Assembly (NCBI GenBank): GCA_002189035.1
Contig: NEEC01000002.1
Span: 4,836,001-4,900,000 of the forward strand
DNA length: 64,000 nucleotides
DNA from: Utricularia gibba
Taxonomy: Eukaryota; Plantae; Magnoliophyta
Direction: 5' to 3'
The position numbers and the translations under genes are program-made. Shown piece by piece: positions 23,951 to 36,552 of the stretch. The notes under the pieces were generated by a model that made no database searches, was not told where the DNA came from, and saw only the letters and a program-made list of their open reading frames with translations. The stretch's first letter is position 1, and the number at the start of each line of letters is the position of its first letter.

Positions 23951-26095
23951 ATTTGCTTGAATCTTAACCCAATTCCACTCTAATTTCTTCTTCTCTAGTT
24001 TGATAACTTCTCTCATTGTAATCGGCACTAGTTGAGTAGTCGTAAAAACGTGAGGATCGATAATTGTGCATTAGATGCTCTTTTTCTATGTCAAACTAGT
24101 CAAAGTTTTGAAGATCTGTCATTTATGAACCTATATTTTTGAAATTATTCAACTTGATGGTAATCATGTATTTACATCTAATTAAAAAAAAATTACCACA
24201 ATGAGATGAGCCACCGTCATGCAAAATATATTGGGTTGAATTCGTACGACTCATTTCCTGGGTTGAACTTATAAGGGTCATTATTCAAATCTGGAAAGTT
24301 CAACATCATAAATTTGATTGTAATACTTGTTTTGATAGTTACAAGCACCATCATTTATTAGACAAAAATATAAATATTTTCATTTCTTTTTGACTAATTT
24401 TACACCATACATTTAAAAAAAATTATATGGCTAAATTAGATCACATGATAAATGTAAGTTTAGGGAACATGTGACAGTTATGGTATATCACACTGGTGAT
24501 GGACAAAGGAGAGTACGCGTTTAAATAGAACCACCCTCCTAATTTTGTATAAGATTTTTTCTCTAAAAAATAAGAATATAAAACCTTAAAGATTAGAAGG
24601 TCAAAGCAGATAATATCAAGTTGATGGTAGATCATGACAATAAATATAGTATTATTTTATGATACATTATATATTATATTCTTATATCGATATAATAAAC
24701 CTATTTATTATATATAGATGTATAAAATAAATTCATATTATTTAACCACTATATATTATTATTATATATATATATATATATATGTAATAGCTTATGCTAT
24801 TTTTTTCGATTTTCAACTAATAAGTATATTTTGTTCATCTATATATACATGTTTTATAATATAATTTTGTTAACTATTATGAATAAATTTATTTTATTTA
24901 GAATCATTATTTTTATATTGAAAAATGATTTAAATATACCAACTTTTTTGTTATAAATTAAAAAAAAAATTAAAAAAAAATAAGAGGGAGTTGATTTCTC
25001 ATAAATTTACACACAATGAGTATTTTTCTAAAATAAATTTTAGACGATGGATAAATTTCTAAAGAATCCATGATCTTGACGTGGTGGGATGAAAGTAACT
25101 TCATGTGCTATCAAGGTCTCTAATGTTCCTAATATCCATTAAATTTTCTTTTCTAAATTTTCTACCCTTTGCTCCAGGTTAGATTCAGGATTGTTAAAAG
25201 CTCCAAATCCACAACCCCCTTTGCTTGCCATAGAAATTTTGAGTCCCCTTTCTCTAGCACCAAACTAATGTAGGCTAGAGAGTAACAAAGCCCACACAAC
25301 GTGTTATCACAAATGAATGCTTTGGTCGACAAGTCAAGGAAGTGCAAATTGAACAAAATAAGACAGAAACTTGTTCTTGTTCAAAAAAAAAAAAAAGTAT
25401 GGACAATATTTTTCAAGAGGCAATTCACCCTCAAAACATCCAAGAAGAACAAAATATAAAAATGAAAGACTGAACTTTCAGCAGCAAGTCAATGACATTG
25501 CATTCTTAAACAATTTGGAAAGAGCACCCAATTCAAGTTAGCTCAATCCCTAACCAACAACCAGCAATGAGTGAAGGTTACATGGAAAAGAAGTAACCTA
25601 AGCGAAAATTACAAAAAAATCCCATAACCTTGTAGCCTCATCCTTCAAAAACCTAGGTGGGTAAATCATGTGGATTAGGATTGATTGATGGTACGTCTTC
25701 GTAAGCTGCATCAAATATGTTAAGAAAAAGGATTTAATCAAATTGTTATCAATACAAACTTAATGCATTTGCAAGAATGTGATTTATGACTTCGAATCGA
25801 ATATATAAAATTTATGGATTATCACAAAAAATAAATATATATGATGGTGTAATTTATGCTATAATCCTATTATATAAAGAATAGAATTATAATTACTAAT
25901 GAATATTATAACTTTAAAATAATACCTGTAACTTCATTATGGAATATAGATTCAAATCATTATTTTTCATTTTTTCAGACAAATAATTAATTTTTGCTAT
26001 TTTGTTTTGTGTTTTTGCACATATTTCATTGTCACCTTCCAACGTGGAAACTAAAACAGTAGCAAGGAATTGAGTCATGACAACTCGGCTATAGG

Positions 26096-29000
26096 CTACA
26101 GCAGACCACACAAGCGAGGCCTTGAACACATCTGCCTACCGTTCACTTTGAGCAACGCCATGAGTCCAGCCGCAAGACCCGCGCACACCACGCACGGTAA
26201 AATGCCTTGGGCTTTTCGTCCAGCTAACACGCCACACGCGAGCGAGCATTAGCACCATCTCAACGGCCAGTAAACCCAGTGTTCAATGAATCTACTGCAT
26301 TACCTTGGTTTATTGTCGTCATCGTGGTCACCGTCAATCCACCGATGACCAAGGCTGATGCCACCGGGAGATACTGTCAGATGAGGGTGGACTTTAGATG
26401 ATAAGAACTTGAAAGCTGAAGTAAGTAGAAAGGGGGATGATAAACTCTCACAGTCACAGGTAGAGTTTCAAATCCCTTAGGCCGGAGAGGAGATGGACAG
26501 TTTCGGCTGACAGTATAGCGACCACAGATTAGATCGATTGCATCCTACACTAAAACGGTCAATCTCAGATAACTCGACTTAAGAGCAAAGATGCAATTAC
26601 ATTAAGGTAATAAAGAGGAATATTTGCCTGCCGAAGACCATCCTGGAAGTTGCCTAAGTAATATCTCGATAGGCAACTGATACCATCTTTGATGTTTCCA
26701 ATCATTGTATGTTTTCCATATCTGAAATGGATGTTTCAAATAAAGATACACCATGGATTAGGCTGCATTGCAGGAGCAGCATCACCCAACAAGTAGTGAC
26801 AACTGAAACTAATAATTCTTGCAACAATTTCAATTTTGAGATGGAACGTGCCCACAAAAATTAGAAATCATATTTCCTAGCTGTTACCTCACGAGGTCCC
26901 TTTTCAGTGCATGAGTTCCGGAGTACCCAAGGCTTATTTCATCACCATGATCAACCCATACTGCCATGAAAGATACACCAGCTCAGCACAGGAAAAAAAA
27001 AGGTAAAATGATCTTGCTCATCAACTGGTTTGATTATGCTCATACATGCCCTGAAAATTTCAAAATCGTTGCTGAATAATGAAAGACACTGATCAGGAGA
27101 AATAGCAGCAACTCTCTGTAGCTGAGAATTTAAGGACTTCAGTGCAAAGAAGCTCTGCAATTGAAAACATGACATCTGTGAGAAGCAAATCAGGCATGAA
27201 CAAACATCCAAGGGAAATAAAGATGGGAGCGCAACGAAAGACAACAGTTTATCTTATACCTGTGTAACATTTGTTCTATCCAGGCAATCAATGCAGTTGG
27301 ATCTAACTATTCCTTCCTGTTCCGCTACAATCATGCTATCAGAATCCAAATAAAAGTACCTGCTTGGCTGAAATAAAATATGAAACAAGTATTTCGAAGA
27401 TCCAAACCAGAAGTTCACTAAATTATTTTCAATATAGTCAAGTTTAAAGGTGCGTGTTTCTTGCCCTTGCTTCTCCATGTCATCAGCAATTTGGTCATAC
27501 AACAATTGTATGTTATCCAGCCTTCCATTCGCACATACCTTGTGGAAATCAAATGGAACATACCTGAAACCAGTATTTTTAGTGAACCAATTTCCACGTC
27601 TCAGTTCCCCTAAACCTACTCATAGTTGAAAAACGTGCCTGATATCAGGAAGTTTGTGAACTTCTTCCTGATACGCCTTGCTTAACATTCCCTCATCCCC
27701 ATGCTACATCAACACAAGGGAAGACAGAAGATAATTTGGAAAATAAAACCATACATATCAGTCTAACACGAACAACCATAGTTACAAAGTTTAAGTAAGA
27801 GCCATGAGAGTAACTTCATTGATGGCAGATATCTAATCCAATTAACTATTCATGAAGTTCATCACACCAAGGAGAGAAAGTATCCATATCAAAGTCAGCA
27901 TTTAACAAACAATTATATCCTGACAAGAAGAGTAGAATGATTTGAAACCTTATCAGTAAGATCGACAACAATGCATCTTCCATATCTTTGCAATAGGTCA
28001 TTAAAATGGCGCTCTGCAACTTTGAACTAAAAAAAAAAAGAGAGAAGTATAAAAAAAGTTCTAATCAGTACCAAAAAAAGTAAATTGAGAACAAATAATC
28101 GAGTCATTTGACAGGAATATCTAGAGCAATCAACATACTGTCTCTTCATGTTCAACTAAACGCAATGGTGGTTTGTAACTCAAGTCAGCAATCTGCTCCC
28201 ATAAGAGAGGAATTGACCCACGAACCTGAGAAAAAATGCTTTCAATCTTATTTTTACATCATCTCAATAATCCCCTTACTTCCACATAAGCCTGGGATTC
28301 AGGGTAGTCTTGCTTTGCACCAACTATAATTTAGTAGGGCCATAGCAAACCTGTAGAAAAGAGAAACTATGGCCTTCAAAATCAAGAATTTGCTCAGTTT
28401 CAACGAAATTTGCAGTATCTCCTTGACAATTAGCTCCTCTTCTCCAACATCTTGTCCCTAAACTCACAAACACATTTGAAAACCGTTTAACTTAAGAAGA
28501 CAAAAATTAGCATAAACTTGAGCAGTTTTTACACCTAGGCGCCTTGTGCACCTTCGTGAGAGTAATTTTATGATTGCAGGTGAATCATTCAACTTTATTT
28601 CTCCAGTATGAAAGCTTTAACTCATGTCAAGTAAAGCATATTTACCTTTCTTAATGCTTCATATACTTCATATAAAAGAATGAAACTAATGAATGAAAGG
28701 GAGGCGAAAAACACTAAAACTGAAAGGATATTTCCTTGTAACAAGGGCATGATAAATTCGTCAAGCTGCAGATGGAAAGAGAAGAATTATAATAGAGAAA
28801 GCTCAGTTATCCGCAATATAGTGAACTCTGAAAAATTCAAAACCTTGTTCTCAATAAGCTCCTCTAACATATTGCTGTTCCAAACAAATCTTGGATCGCT
28901 CTGAAAGTAAGAAAATAAAATTGTTATAAATTGGAAGTGATGTATATTTTTTAAAATTTAAACCTATGTATAAACTGAGACTTGAATGCAGTGACCAAAT

Positions 29001-30210
29001 ATAAAAAGCTATCAATCCAATTATGTACTAGTTCCCCTTGGAACTCAGTGAATAGATAAATGCACCAAAAAGCTGTAAAACGGCCTCCAATTTTATAAAC
29101 ATACCTGCTTCCAAATTGGTTTGGTTTTCCATCCTTCTCCAAGCTTGCTTCTTCTCTGTGAACTATAAATGGCCCAGCTTCTTAATACAAGCCTCAGCAC
29201 CTAATTTTCCATAAATACATCTGGGTGCCAAATTTAAAAACTTACCATAGGGTTAAATCTGTTCCATAAGAACAATACAATCCAGGAGTTGATTCCACTA
29301 TCTTCAACAAATTCATGAAGTATTCCTCATCTTTTTTCTGTAGAAGGAGTATGACGCAAGATAAAGAAGAAGTATCAGGACTGAATGGACTGAAGATTCA
29401 ATAGCTCAAGGGATATAATCATACTTCTTCAGTTGATAAGAATTTGGATGCTTCATTGCAAGGCAGAAACTTCATGGATGTTACCCGAAAAATAGGATGC
29501 CCAAGATAAGTTCCAGCCTCAACACTTGAAGTTATAACTAGCATGTATGTACCTAGAGAAGAGTTTCCAAGTACTCGAGCATAAAACCAATGTTCCAACG
29601 AAAGACCATTTTTTATGTAGATTACAATCAAGATTCGGCTAAAAAATAGCACCTGCTAGTAACCTAATCGTTCCGGCAATACCATATATAGTTGAAGCTT
29701 TAGCTGGACTTCCAGATAAATCCTCACCTAAAACGGAACCACCCTAATAAAAAGCTGTCTTTTGGCTTTTGATTGCTCTTAAGAATAAAACAATCCAATG
29801 CTTCTGAAAAATTGAAGGATGGATTCACAAGACCAACATTCTGAGTCCATGATCATGCAGTTCCCTAGGAGGAATCTAGCACTGAAAACGATTATCGCAT
29901 ACATATCTTACAAAAATCCATTTGGAGAGAAGAATAGCTCTGTCTCCAAAACAGATAAAGGAGGCCACTTAAAAAAATATGTGTTTAAAACGATAGTAAC
30001 GACAAGAACCACAATAATATCATTCAGATTCAGAATTCACAACGAGATACCATCAAGCCTGCTGATATCACCATCAAATCGGCTGACGGAGAAGCCTTGC
30101 TCCGGCGACTCCACGGACCTGACAACGAACCTGTCACTAAACTCCAGCAATTCCAATTCGCTCCACAGCTTGAAATCACAAATCGACTTAGATCCCATTT
30201 CCGACTCCAT
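26096..30210 (-). CDS. SAC8: SAC-domain phosphoinositide phosphatase (Sac1p-like, SAC8 type), 20 exons, 593 aa
   Basis: Exons 30210-30051, 29727-29653, 29552-29425, 29337-29246, 29162-29105, 28900-28844, 28765-28732, 28615-28535, 28457-28351, 28225-28139, 28026-27949, 27703-27639, 27563-27465, 27359-27260, 27154-27046, 26960-26888, 26721-26628, 26544-26458, 26373-26304, 26223-26096. They sum to 1782 nt in one open frame with the catalytic RSNCIDCLDRTN, RGSIPLLWEQ, two C-terminal hydrophobic segments and SRPRLC. Confidence 0.95.
28616..28731 (-). other. U12-type (minor spliceosome) intron with AT-AA termini in SAC8
   Basis: 5' end ATATCCTTT, branch-like TTACTTGAC ending 10 nt before the 3' end, which is TTAAA. 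Only this junction gives in-frame LQG-SF. Confidence 0.85.
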
Positions 30211-30295
30211 AGCTACAATTTTACCCGTAAATGAAAGCAAATCTTCGAAAAATGGCTTCCCGGTTCTTTGGAACCGTCACGTCTGTTTTTCCTAG

Positions 30296-30900
30296 AGAAA
30301 AAGAAAGCCTACGTGTCGGTTGATCAATTTCCGATCGTACGGCCCAATTGACCTCCGGCCTCAACCTTAGAGATGGGCTGGGATGGTCAACGGGCGGCCC
30401 TATTGACCAACAGGCATATGGGCCGCTTTTTAAGGTAACATTTTATTTCCAATTTTCATTAGTCAAATAATATATTATTTAATCTATTTTACTTCATATA
30501 TTTATTATACCTCAAGAAAATGGCTTGTGCTTGATTTAAATTCAATAAGCGTAAATTAATTGTATTTTTTCATCGTTAATTTAGTATAATTGATAATTTT
30601 GAATACAAAAAACTCTGTTTTTTTTTTCAATCGACTCCAATTTGCAGCTTTAGTGGGCATCCATCCTCTACTTTTGACAGTTCAACAGCTGAACCAAAAT
30701 AGATGAATATAACGAAGGTAAAAAAAGGTCGAAATTCTATTTTGGTATAATGTGCGTCGGAAATGGGTAGCGGAAACCCTAATTGCAATCCACTGTCGTA
30801 TATAAACGCGACACCGCTTCTTTTGCCGACGTCTTTAAACTCATCCTCCACCCTTCGGTCGTCTGTCGCAGCCTCTTTTTGTCATCTGCTAAACCCTAGT
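30296..30900. promoter_or_regulatory. Shared divergent promoter region of SAC8 and EBP1
   Basis: Site II-type motifs GGCCCA 30341, TGGGCT 30374 and TGGGCC 30419; TATATAAA 30799; telo-box-like AAACCCTAG 30891. Confidence 0.6.
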
Positions 30901-31016
30901 TTATCTAATCCATATTGCGGAAGAATTCCTTGTAATTTGATTCGCTTTCTAATTCAGGTATTTGATTTGCTCTTGACGATTTCACTTATTTTCGCTTTTG
31001 TATGCGACAGTGAAAT

Positions 31017-33526
31017 ATGTCGGACGAGGAACGGGAGGAAAGGGAGTTAGATCTCAGCTCTCCTGAAGTTGTGACAAAATATAAATCCGCTGCTGAGATC
31101 GTTAACAGTTAGTTTTCTTAATTTGCTTTTGTGCGCGTGTTTCTATCTTTTTTTAAAAAAAAAATGGTGTTATCTATTTTTTTCTAGTATCTGCCTTAGA
31201 AATTTTCGAATGTGTATTTCATCGGGTTATTGATATGCAGAGGCACTGCAGTTAGTGTTATCCAAGTGCAAACCCAAGGCTAAGATTGTCGACCTCTGTG
31301 AGGAAGGGGATGCTTTTATCAGAGAGTATGTGCCAAGAAGTTATTATATTTTTTTTATTTTTTTCAGAGGTGAATTTACGAAGTTGACATTATTTCATGG
31401 CATCATCTTGTTTTCTTCCAAATTTTTGGAATAGGCAATCTGGGAACATGTACAAGAGCGCGAAGAAGAAGATAGAAAGGGGTGTTGCGTTCCCCACTTG
31501 CATCTCTGTTAATAATACGGTTTGCCATTTTTCACCATTAACCGGTGATGAGACAATGTTAGAAGACGGGGACATGATCAAGATGTAAGATTTTTGTCAA
31601 TAGCGTGCCTTTTTTACGTCAAATGGTGAATTTTAAACGGTAGAGCTTTATCAATTGGGAATGGTGGGTTTGATCTGCAGTGATATGGGATGCCATATGG
31701 ATGGCTTTATTGCTGTAGTTGCGCACACACATCTACTTCAGGAAGGACCAGTGACTGGAAGAGCTGCTGATGTTATTGCGGCTGCCAATACGGCTGCTGA
31801 GGTTGCCTTAAGACTTGTGAGGCCTGGTAAACGGGTATTTTTCCACTGTATCCCTCATTAGTTTCTACGTGCTGTTAGCCTCTGTTATCGTATGTGAAAA
31901 ATGGACGGCTCATGCTATATCTTCTTTTTTTTATTAAACTTGATAATTTTGTTGATTCTTTTACTTGTTTTCCGAGTCAGAGAAATGCGCTGTCTCAAAC
32001 GAGTTGTATCTCTCCATTTCTGAAACTAGAGCGGTTTTCTCCTTGGATATGTTAGCCTTTATGTCCCCTATATTGAAAACTGGCTATGGATTCGCATCCA
32101 GATGAGGCTCTATGTCATAGTTACGCTGATAGAGGACACAGTTAATTATTGCTTACTGTCCTTGTAAGCTTTCAAATATCAATTACTGTACTCCCACTGT
32201 CTCTTTTAAATGCTTTTGATCCTTTCTTCATTTTTCAAGATAATGGTTTTTAGCATTTCTTCCACAAAACACCATTATTTTGTTGGCAACTTTGCCGAGG
32301 TGATCAGTTTGATTATTTGGTTTCCTCTTTTCCCTGTTGCCAACATTTTTATGGCTGCCTTTGACAAATTCTGTTTGGCATTGCTTCATCATTAGCTTTG
32401 CCCTTTTCCAAGAAGCCAACATCAATTTCAATGTATGAAAGAAAAGAAATGATGTGTTGGTCGAGAATGGTTGCAAAACTTCAAATGTTCTTACATTTCC
32501 CTCTATGCATTGTAGAATAAGGATGTAGGCGAGGCCATCCAAAAAGTGGCTGCTGCTTATGACTGCAAAATTGTTGAGGGAGTACTAAGTCATCAGATGA
32601 AACAATTCGTGATTGATGGGAACAAAGTCGTGTTAAGTGTCTCTGGTCCTGATACTAGGGTAGATGACGCTGAATTTGAGGAAAATGAAGTATATTCAGT
32701 TGACATTGTTACAAGTACAGGTGAAGGAAAGGTAAGCATTGTCCTATGATGTGTTGTAGGAGATATGGTGTTTTAAGCATTGCCCTATGGCATTTTTCAT
32801 TGGTCTTGCAGCCAAAGTTACTTGATGAGAAGCAAACAACTATTTATAAAAGGGCCGTTGACAAGAGTTATCACTTGAAAATGAAAGCGTCAAGGTTCAT
32901 TTTCAGTGAGATAAGTCAGAGGTTCCCTATCATGCCATTTTCTGCAAGGTATGTTTCTTTATTTGCGTTTTTTTTAGTTCGTTTCTAGTTTGTATGTCTA
33001 CCAATTAAGTCATAAATTTTCATCCAGGGCTTTAGATGAGAAGCGTGCTCGACTTGGTTTGGTTGAGTGCATGAATCATGATCTTTTGCAGCCATATCCG
33101 GTGCTTCATGAGAAGCCTGGTACGAATGTCATTACGATGCCTCACCCTCCCAATTCCGGCAAGAAAATTAACCTGACCACTCCCACAATGCAGGTGATCT
33201 AGTGGCACACATCAAATTCACTGTTTTGCTGATGCCGAATGGGTCAGATAGGATCACATCGCATCCCCTTCAAGAGCTCCAGCCGACTAAAACCATAGAT
33301 GACCCTGAGATAAAAGCGTGGTTATCATTGGCCACCAAGACAAAGAAGAAGGGCGGAGGAAAGAAGAAGAAGGGTTAGTTAACAAGCCATGGGTCATTTA
33401 TCTTGCGGATGCTCCTTTGTTACCCACAACCATGCCTCCAACGAACATCCTTATGCAGGAAAGAAGGGAGGGAAACCAGAGGATGGAGTTGACTCGGAGA
33501 TGAATGATGCAGCTAACGAGGAATAA
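31017..33526 (+). CDS. EBP1: ErbB3-binding protein 1 / PA2G4 (metallopeptidase M24 fold), 9 coding exons
   Basis: Exons 31017-31107, 31241-31325, 31435-31584, 31681-31834, 32516-32731, 32812-32948, 33028-33119, 33194-33373, 33459-33526, all GT-AG. Protein reads MSDEEREERELDLSSPEVVTKYK, AFPTCISVNN, DMGCHMDGFIAVVAHTH and a Lys-rich C-terminus. 5'UTR intron at ~30958-31010. Confidence 0.95.
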
Positions 33527-33946
33527 GAAGGCTTGCTTTTTGTTTCTCTTCAAGTGGAAGCTTCCAGGTAAGTTTCGGCCACGGCTTATTTTCTATTCCC
33601 ATCCAAACGTGGCTTCCTGCTGCTGCTGCTGCTGCTAGTTCTTCCTTTTTCTCGTTCGCCATGGTCGGTGCACTTGGTATGTGACTCCTGATCCATTCAT
33701 TACAAAAATGGAATTCCCGGTTGCGTTGTAGAAGGGATCAATCATCTTGAGCACAATCCAAGGGACCTACTGCACTGTGTTACACGTGCTTTAGGCTGCG
33801 TTACTTTTTATTCGAAAGCGCACATTCCTCTGCTCCTGGATGTCTCCATGTGGTTAATGCATGTGAATAAATCTACATTCTGGGGTTTAGGGTTCAGAAA
33901 TTAGCAGTGGTATTGAAAGCTCACAATTATAGTAAAAACCCTTTAA

Positions 33947-34915
33947 GTGCGCGTTTGGTTGTTAGGTATAGGTGGGTTGCGGCGTGGATTTAAACATAAA
34001 CTTATGTTTGGTTCGTGGGTTTCAGGTGGGTAAAAATAAATCTAAATTTTGATCATAAACAAGACAGGAACCCTTGTAGTTGGGTTTAGTTAAACTCAAG
34101 GGGGGAGGGTTGGTTTAGCTAAACCCAACTCGATGCTTTCATTTTTGTTTTTACGTAAACCATATTTGAATGTAGATTCATTAGAAACCAGATGTACATA
34201 TTTATTTATCAATTTTTTTTAAAATTAAAATTCCTACATATGTGTAGCATATTTATTCAGATATGTAATAGATTTGTTCAGATGTGTAACAGATTTGTTC
34301 AAATTTGTTCAAATCTGCTGAAGAAGAAGAAGAAGAAGAAAATGAAGAAAAAGAAGAAAAAGAAGAAGAGAAATAAGAAGAAGATAAAGAAGAAGAAGAA
34401 GAAAAAGATGAAAACAAAAAAAAAGATAAAGATGAAAATAATAACATCATGTCTAATATTCTTGATTTTTATTTTTGGTGCTGAATGTGAGTTTTCGTTT
34501 TGAAGACGAGCATTGCGTCTATTATTATCCGGTGCTTGCTGTAAATGTGAATTTTCGTTTTGAAGACAAGCACCATATCTATTATTACTCATTATTTGTT
34601 ATAAAATAAAATTTCAACTAAGCATTGTAATTTATGCTATGCGGTGCTCAATTGAACTTATAAAATGATATAGAAAAATAAAATATATGATAATTTATTT
34701 TAATTAACCAAAAGGGTATATTGGTAGTTTCATATTAAAATCATTACAAACCTAATTTTAAACCCACATACCAAACATGTATTCATCCTAAACCCAAATA
34801 ATCTAAACCTATCAACAAAACACGGATTACACACTTTAAACCCATGAAATCGGGTTATCTAAATCCAAATAAACTAAACCTGGGTTTAAACCAAACCCAG
34901 CAACCAAACGCGCCC
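33947..34915. mobile_element. Non-autonomous PIF/Harbinger (Tourist-like) element, 969 bp
   Basis: 15-bp TIRs GTGCGCGTTTGGTTG / GGGCGCGTTTGGTTG (1 mismatch) and TAA on both sides (33944-46, 34916-18). Confidence 0.85.
34320..34440. repeat. GAA/GAAA-rich degenerate microsatellite inside the Harbinger-type element
   Basis: Runs of AAG/GAA units; source of the poly-K and poly-F pseudo-ORFs. Confidence 0.85.
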
Positions 34916-35449
34916 TAAAATTAATTACAATTTTGCCACATTTTTTGGTAAGCAAAGATGAATACAGAAGGTAAGGAAGTTGATGATGAAGTTATGAGTT
35001 GAAAAAGGAAAATTGCTTTTGTGAACCATTGAAATGGGGAAATTGTTGTTTCATCCATTGTTATTTTTCAAATACAAGGGATCAAGTGTATGTGGTATTT
35101 ACATAATGTGGAATTGTGGATCAAAGATAGAAGATATTGGAGAGTAATTTTAATCGATATATCAAATATTTATGTGTGTTTGAGATTTCTTATATCCCTA
35201 CATATATAGATAAGTGTTATTGTAATTAATAAAAATAACTTACGGGTAACCTATTACTTACATAAATATATTTTTATTTAATGTATTTTTGTGATAATTA
35301 AAATAATTTAGAATCATGTTAATTAAAATTAAAATAAATTTTTTAAAACAATTAAAAAATCATATGTTTATACAGCCCACCTACAAGGCATAGGTTATCC
35401 ACCTTCCCCCTCCTCTATCGCCTCATGTTCGCCCCATTCTTTTGCAACA

Positions 35450-36295
35450 AAGATATGAGTTCGTGCGAAAATGAGGTTGAAAATCTTATTCAACCTCATC
35501 AATCAAGCTCAATATAAAGACTTATATCTACTCTTCTATAAATACTTCACTTTCTCAACCATTAAAAACGTTATTGACCATTTTTCTTTGTATTTTTCCT
35601 ATTTTCGTATCTATTTTCATGTTAGAGTCGAGTCTGCGCGTGTAGGCGCTTGCAACTGAAGACCTACTATGAAGTCTTGCTTGTGCAAGTTCTGCGCATG
35701 TGACTATTTTACTATGTTTTTCGACATTTAAATTGAGGTTTGATTCTGTTTTTCACAATGTTTTCTTTACCAATGTGCTCTTTAGTATCACATAACCCGA
35801 AGGAAGTGTGAAATAATCAAAGGTTGGCCTCAAGCACCTAAGGAGAAGGGCTCAATCGAATATCATTGTTAATACACATTCTGTCTAATCTGTCTGCAAG
35901 ATGTGAGGTATAGGAGTTAGATTTAAGTGTAAGGAAAACGAGGGTTATCACAAGAGCTGAAGTGACTTTGGTGATGTGGTTGATTCTATAATCCCACTAA
36001 ACGAGGGACGGTGCTATAACGATCGCCAAATAACACTATTTTATAATAACACCCCATAACTTGCACAAGCATGTCAGTCTTCAAGGTTTACACACACAAG
36101 TTTAGCCGAGTTTTAAGCAAGATGGATCTTAGATCCAAGGTCATTTTTCTTATTGTTTTTAAAACCAAATCTTTCTTTTATTCTCAGTCTTTTTGAGTCT
36201 TTGTTTGAAAAGAAAAATTCCAATAAAAATTCCCTATAGATACAATCTTATTTTATTACTTCGACGGTTACTGTGCATTTAAAGAATCACCATCA
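35450..36295 (+). mobile_element. 5'-truncated LTR of the same family as 47230-48365
   Basis: Collinear similarity from about CTATAAATA to TTACTTCGACGGTT..CATCA. Confidence 0.8.
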
Positions 36296-36552
36296 ATTAA
36301 CATTTGATACTACATCATTATTCATATAAAATTATAATTGAATGAATATTGAGTATTTTCACTCAATTAATTAAGTATTTTTAATGTATTAATATTAATT
36401 TTATAAAAATGAATAATTTGAAATGAAGATAAATTAAAATATTAACAAATCTCTAGATAGAAATGTGACTAATTACAATATAAATGTAGGTTTATACAAA
36501 AAATATCCTTATGACAAATACAATAAGATTTAGGGTTTAAGATAATATTAAG

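Noticed and set aside
25325-25341. Perfect U12 branch site TTCCTTGAC followed by AC on the minus strand, downstream of SAC8
   Set aside because: No RTATCCTT donor found between it and the SAC8 stop, and no coding context.
29819-30295. 158-aa plus-strand ORF
   Set aside because: Antisense shadow of SAC8 exon 1 and intron 1, with no recognisable domain.
34192-34592. Poly-Lys, poly-Ser and poly-Phe ORFs
   Set aside because: Produced by the GAA-rich microsatellite.
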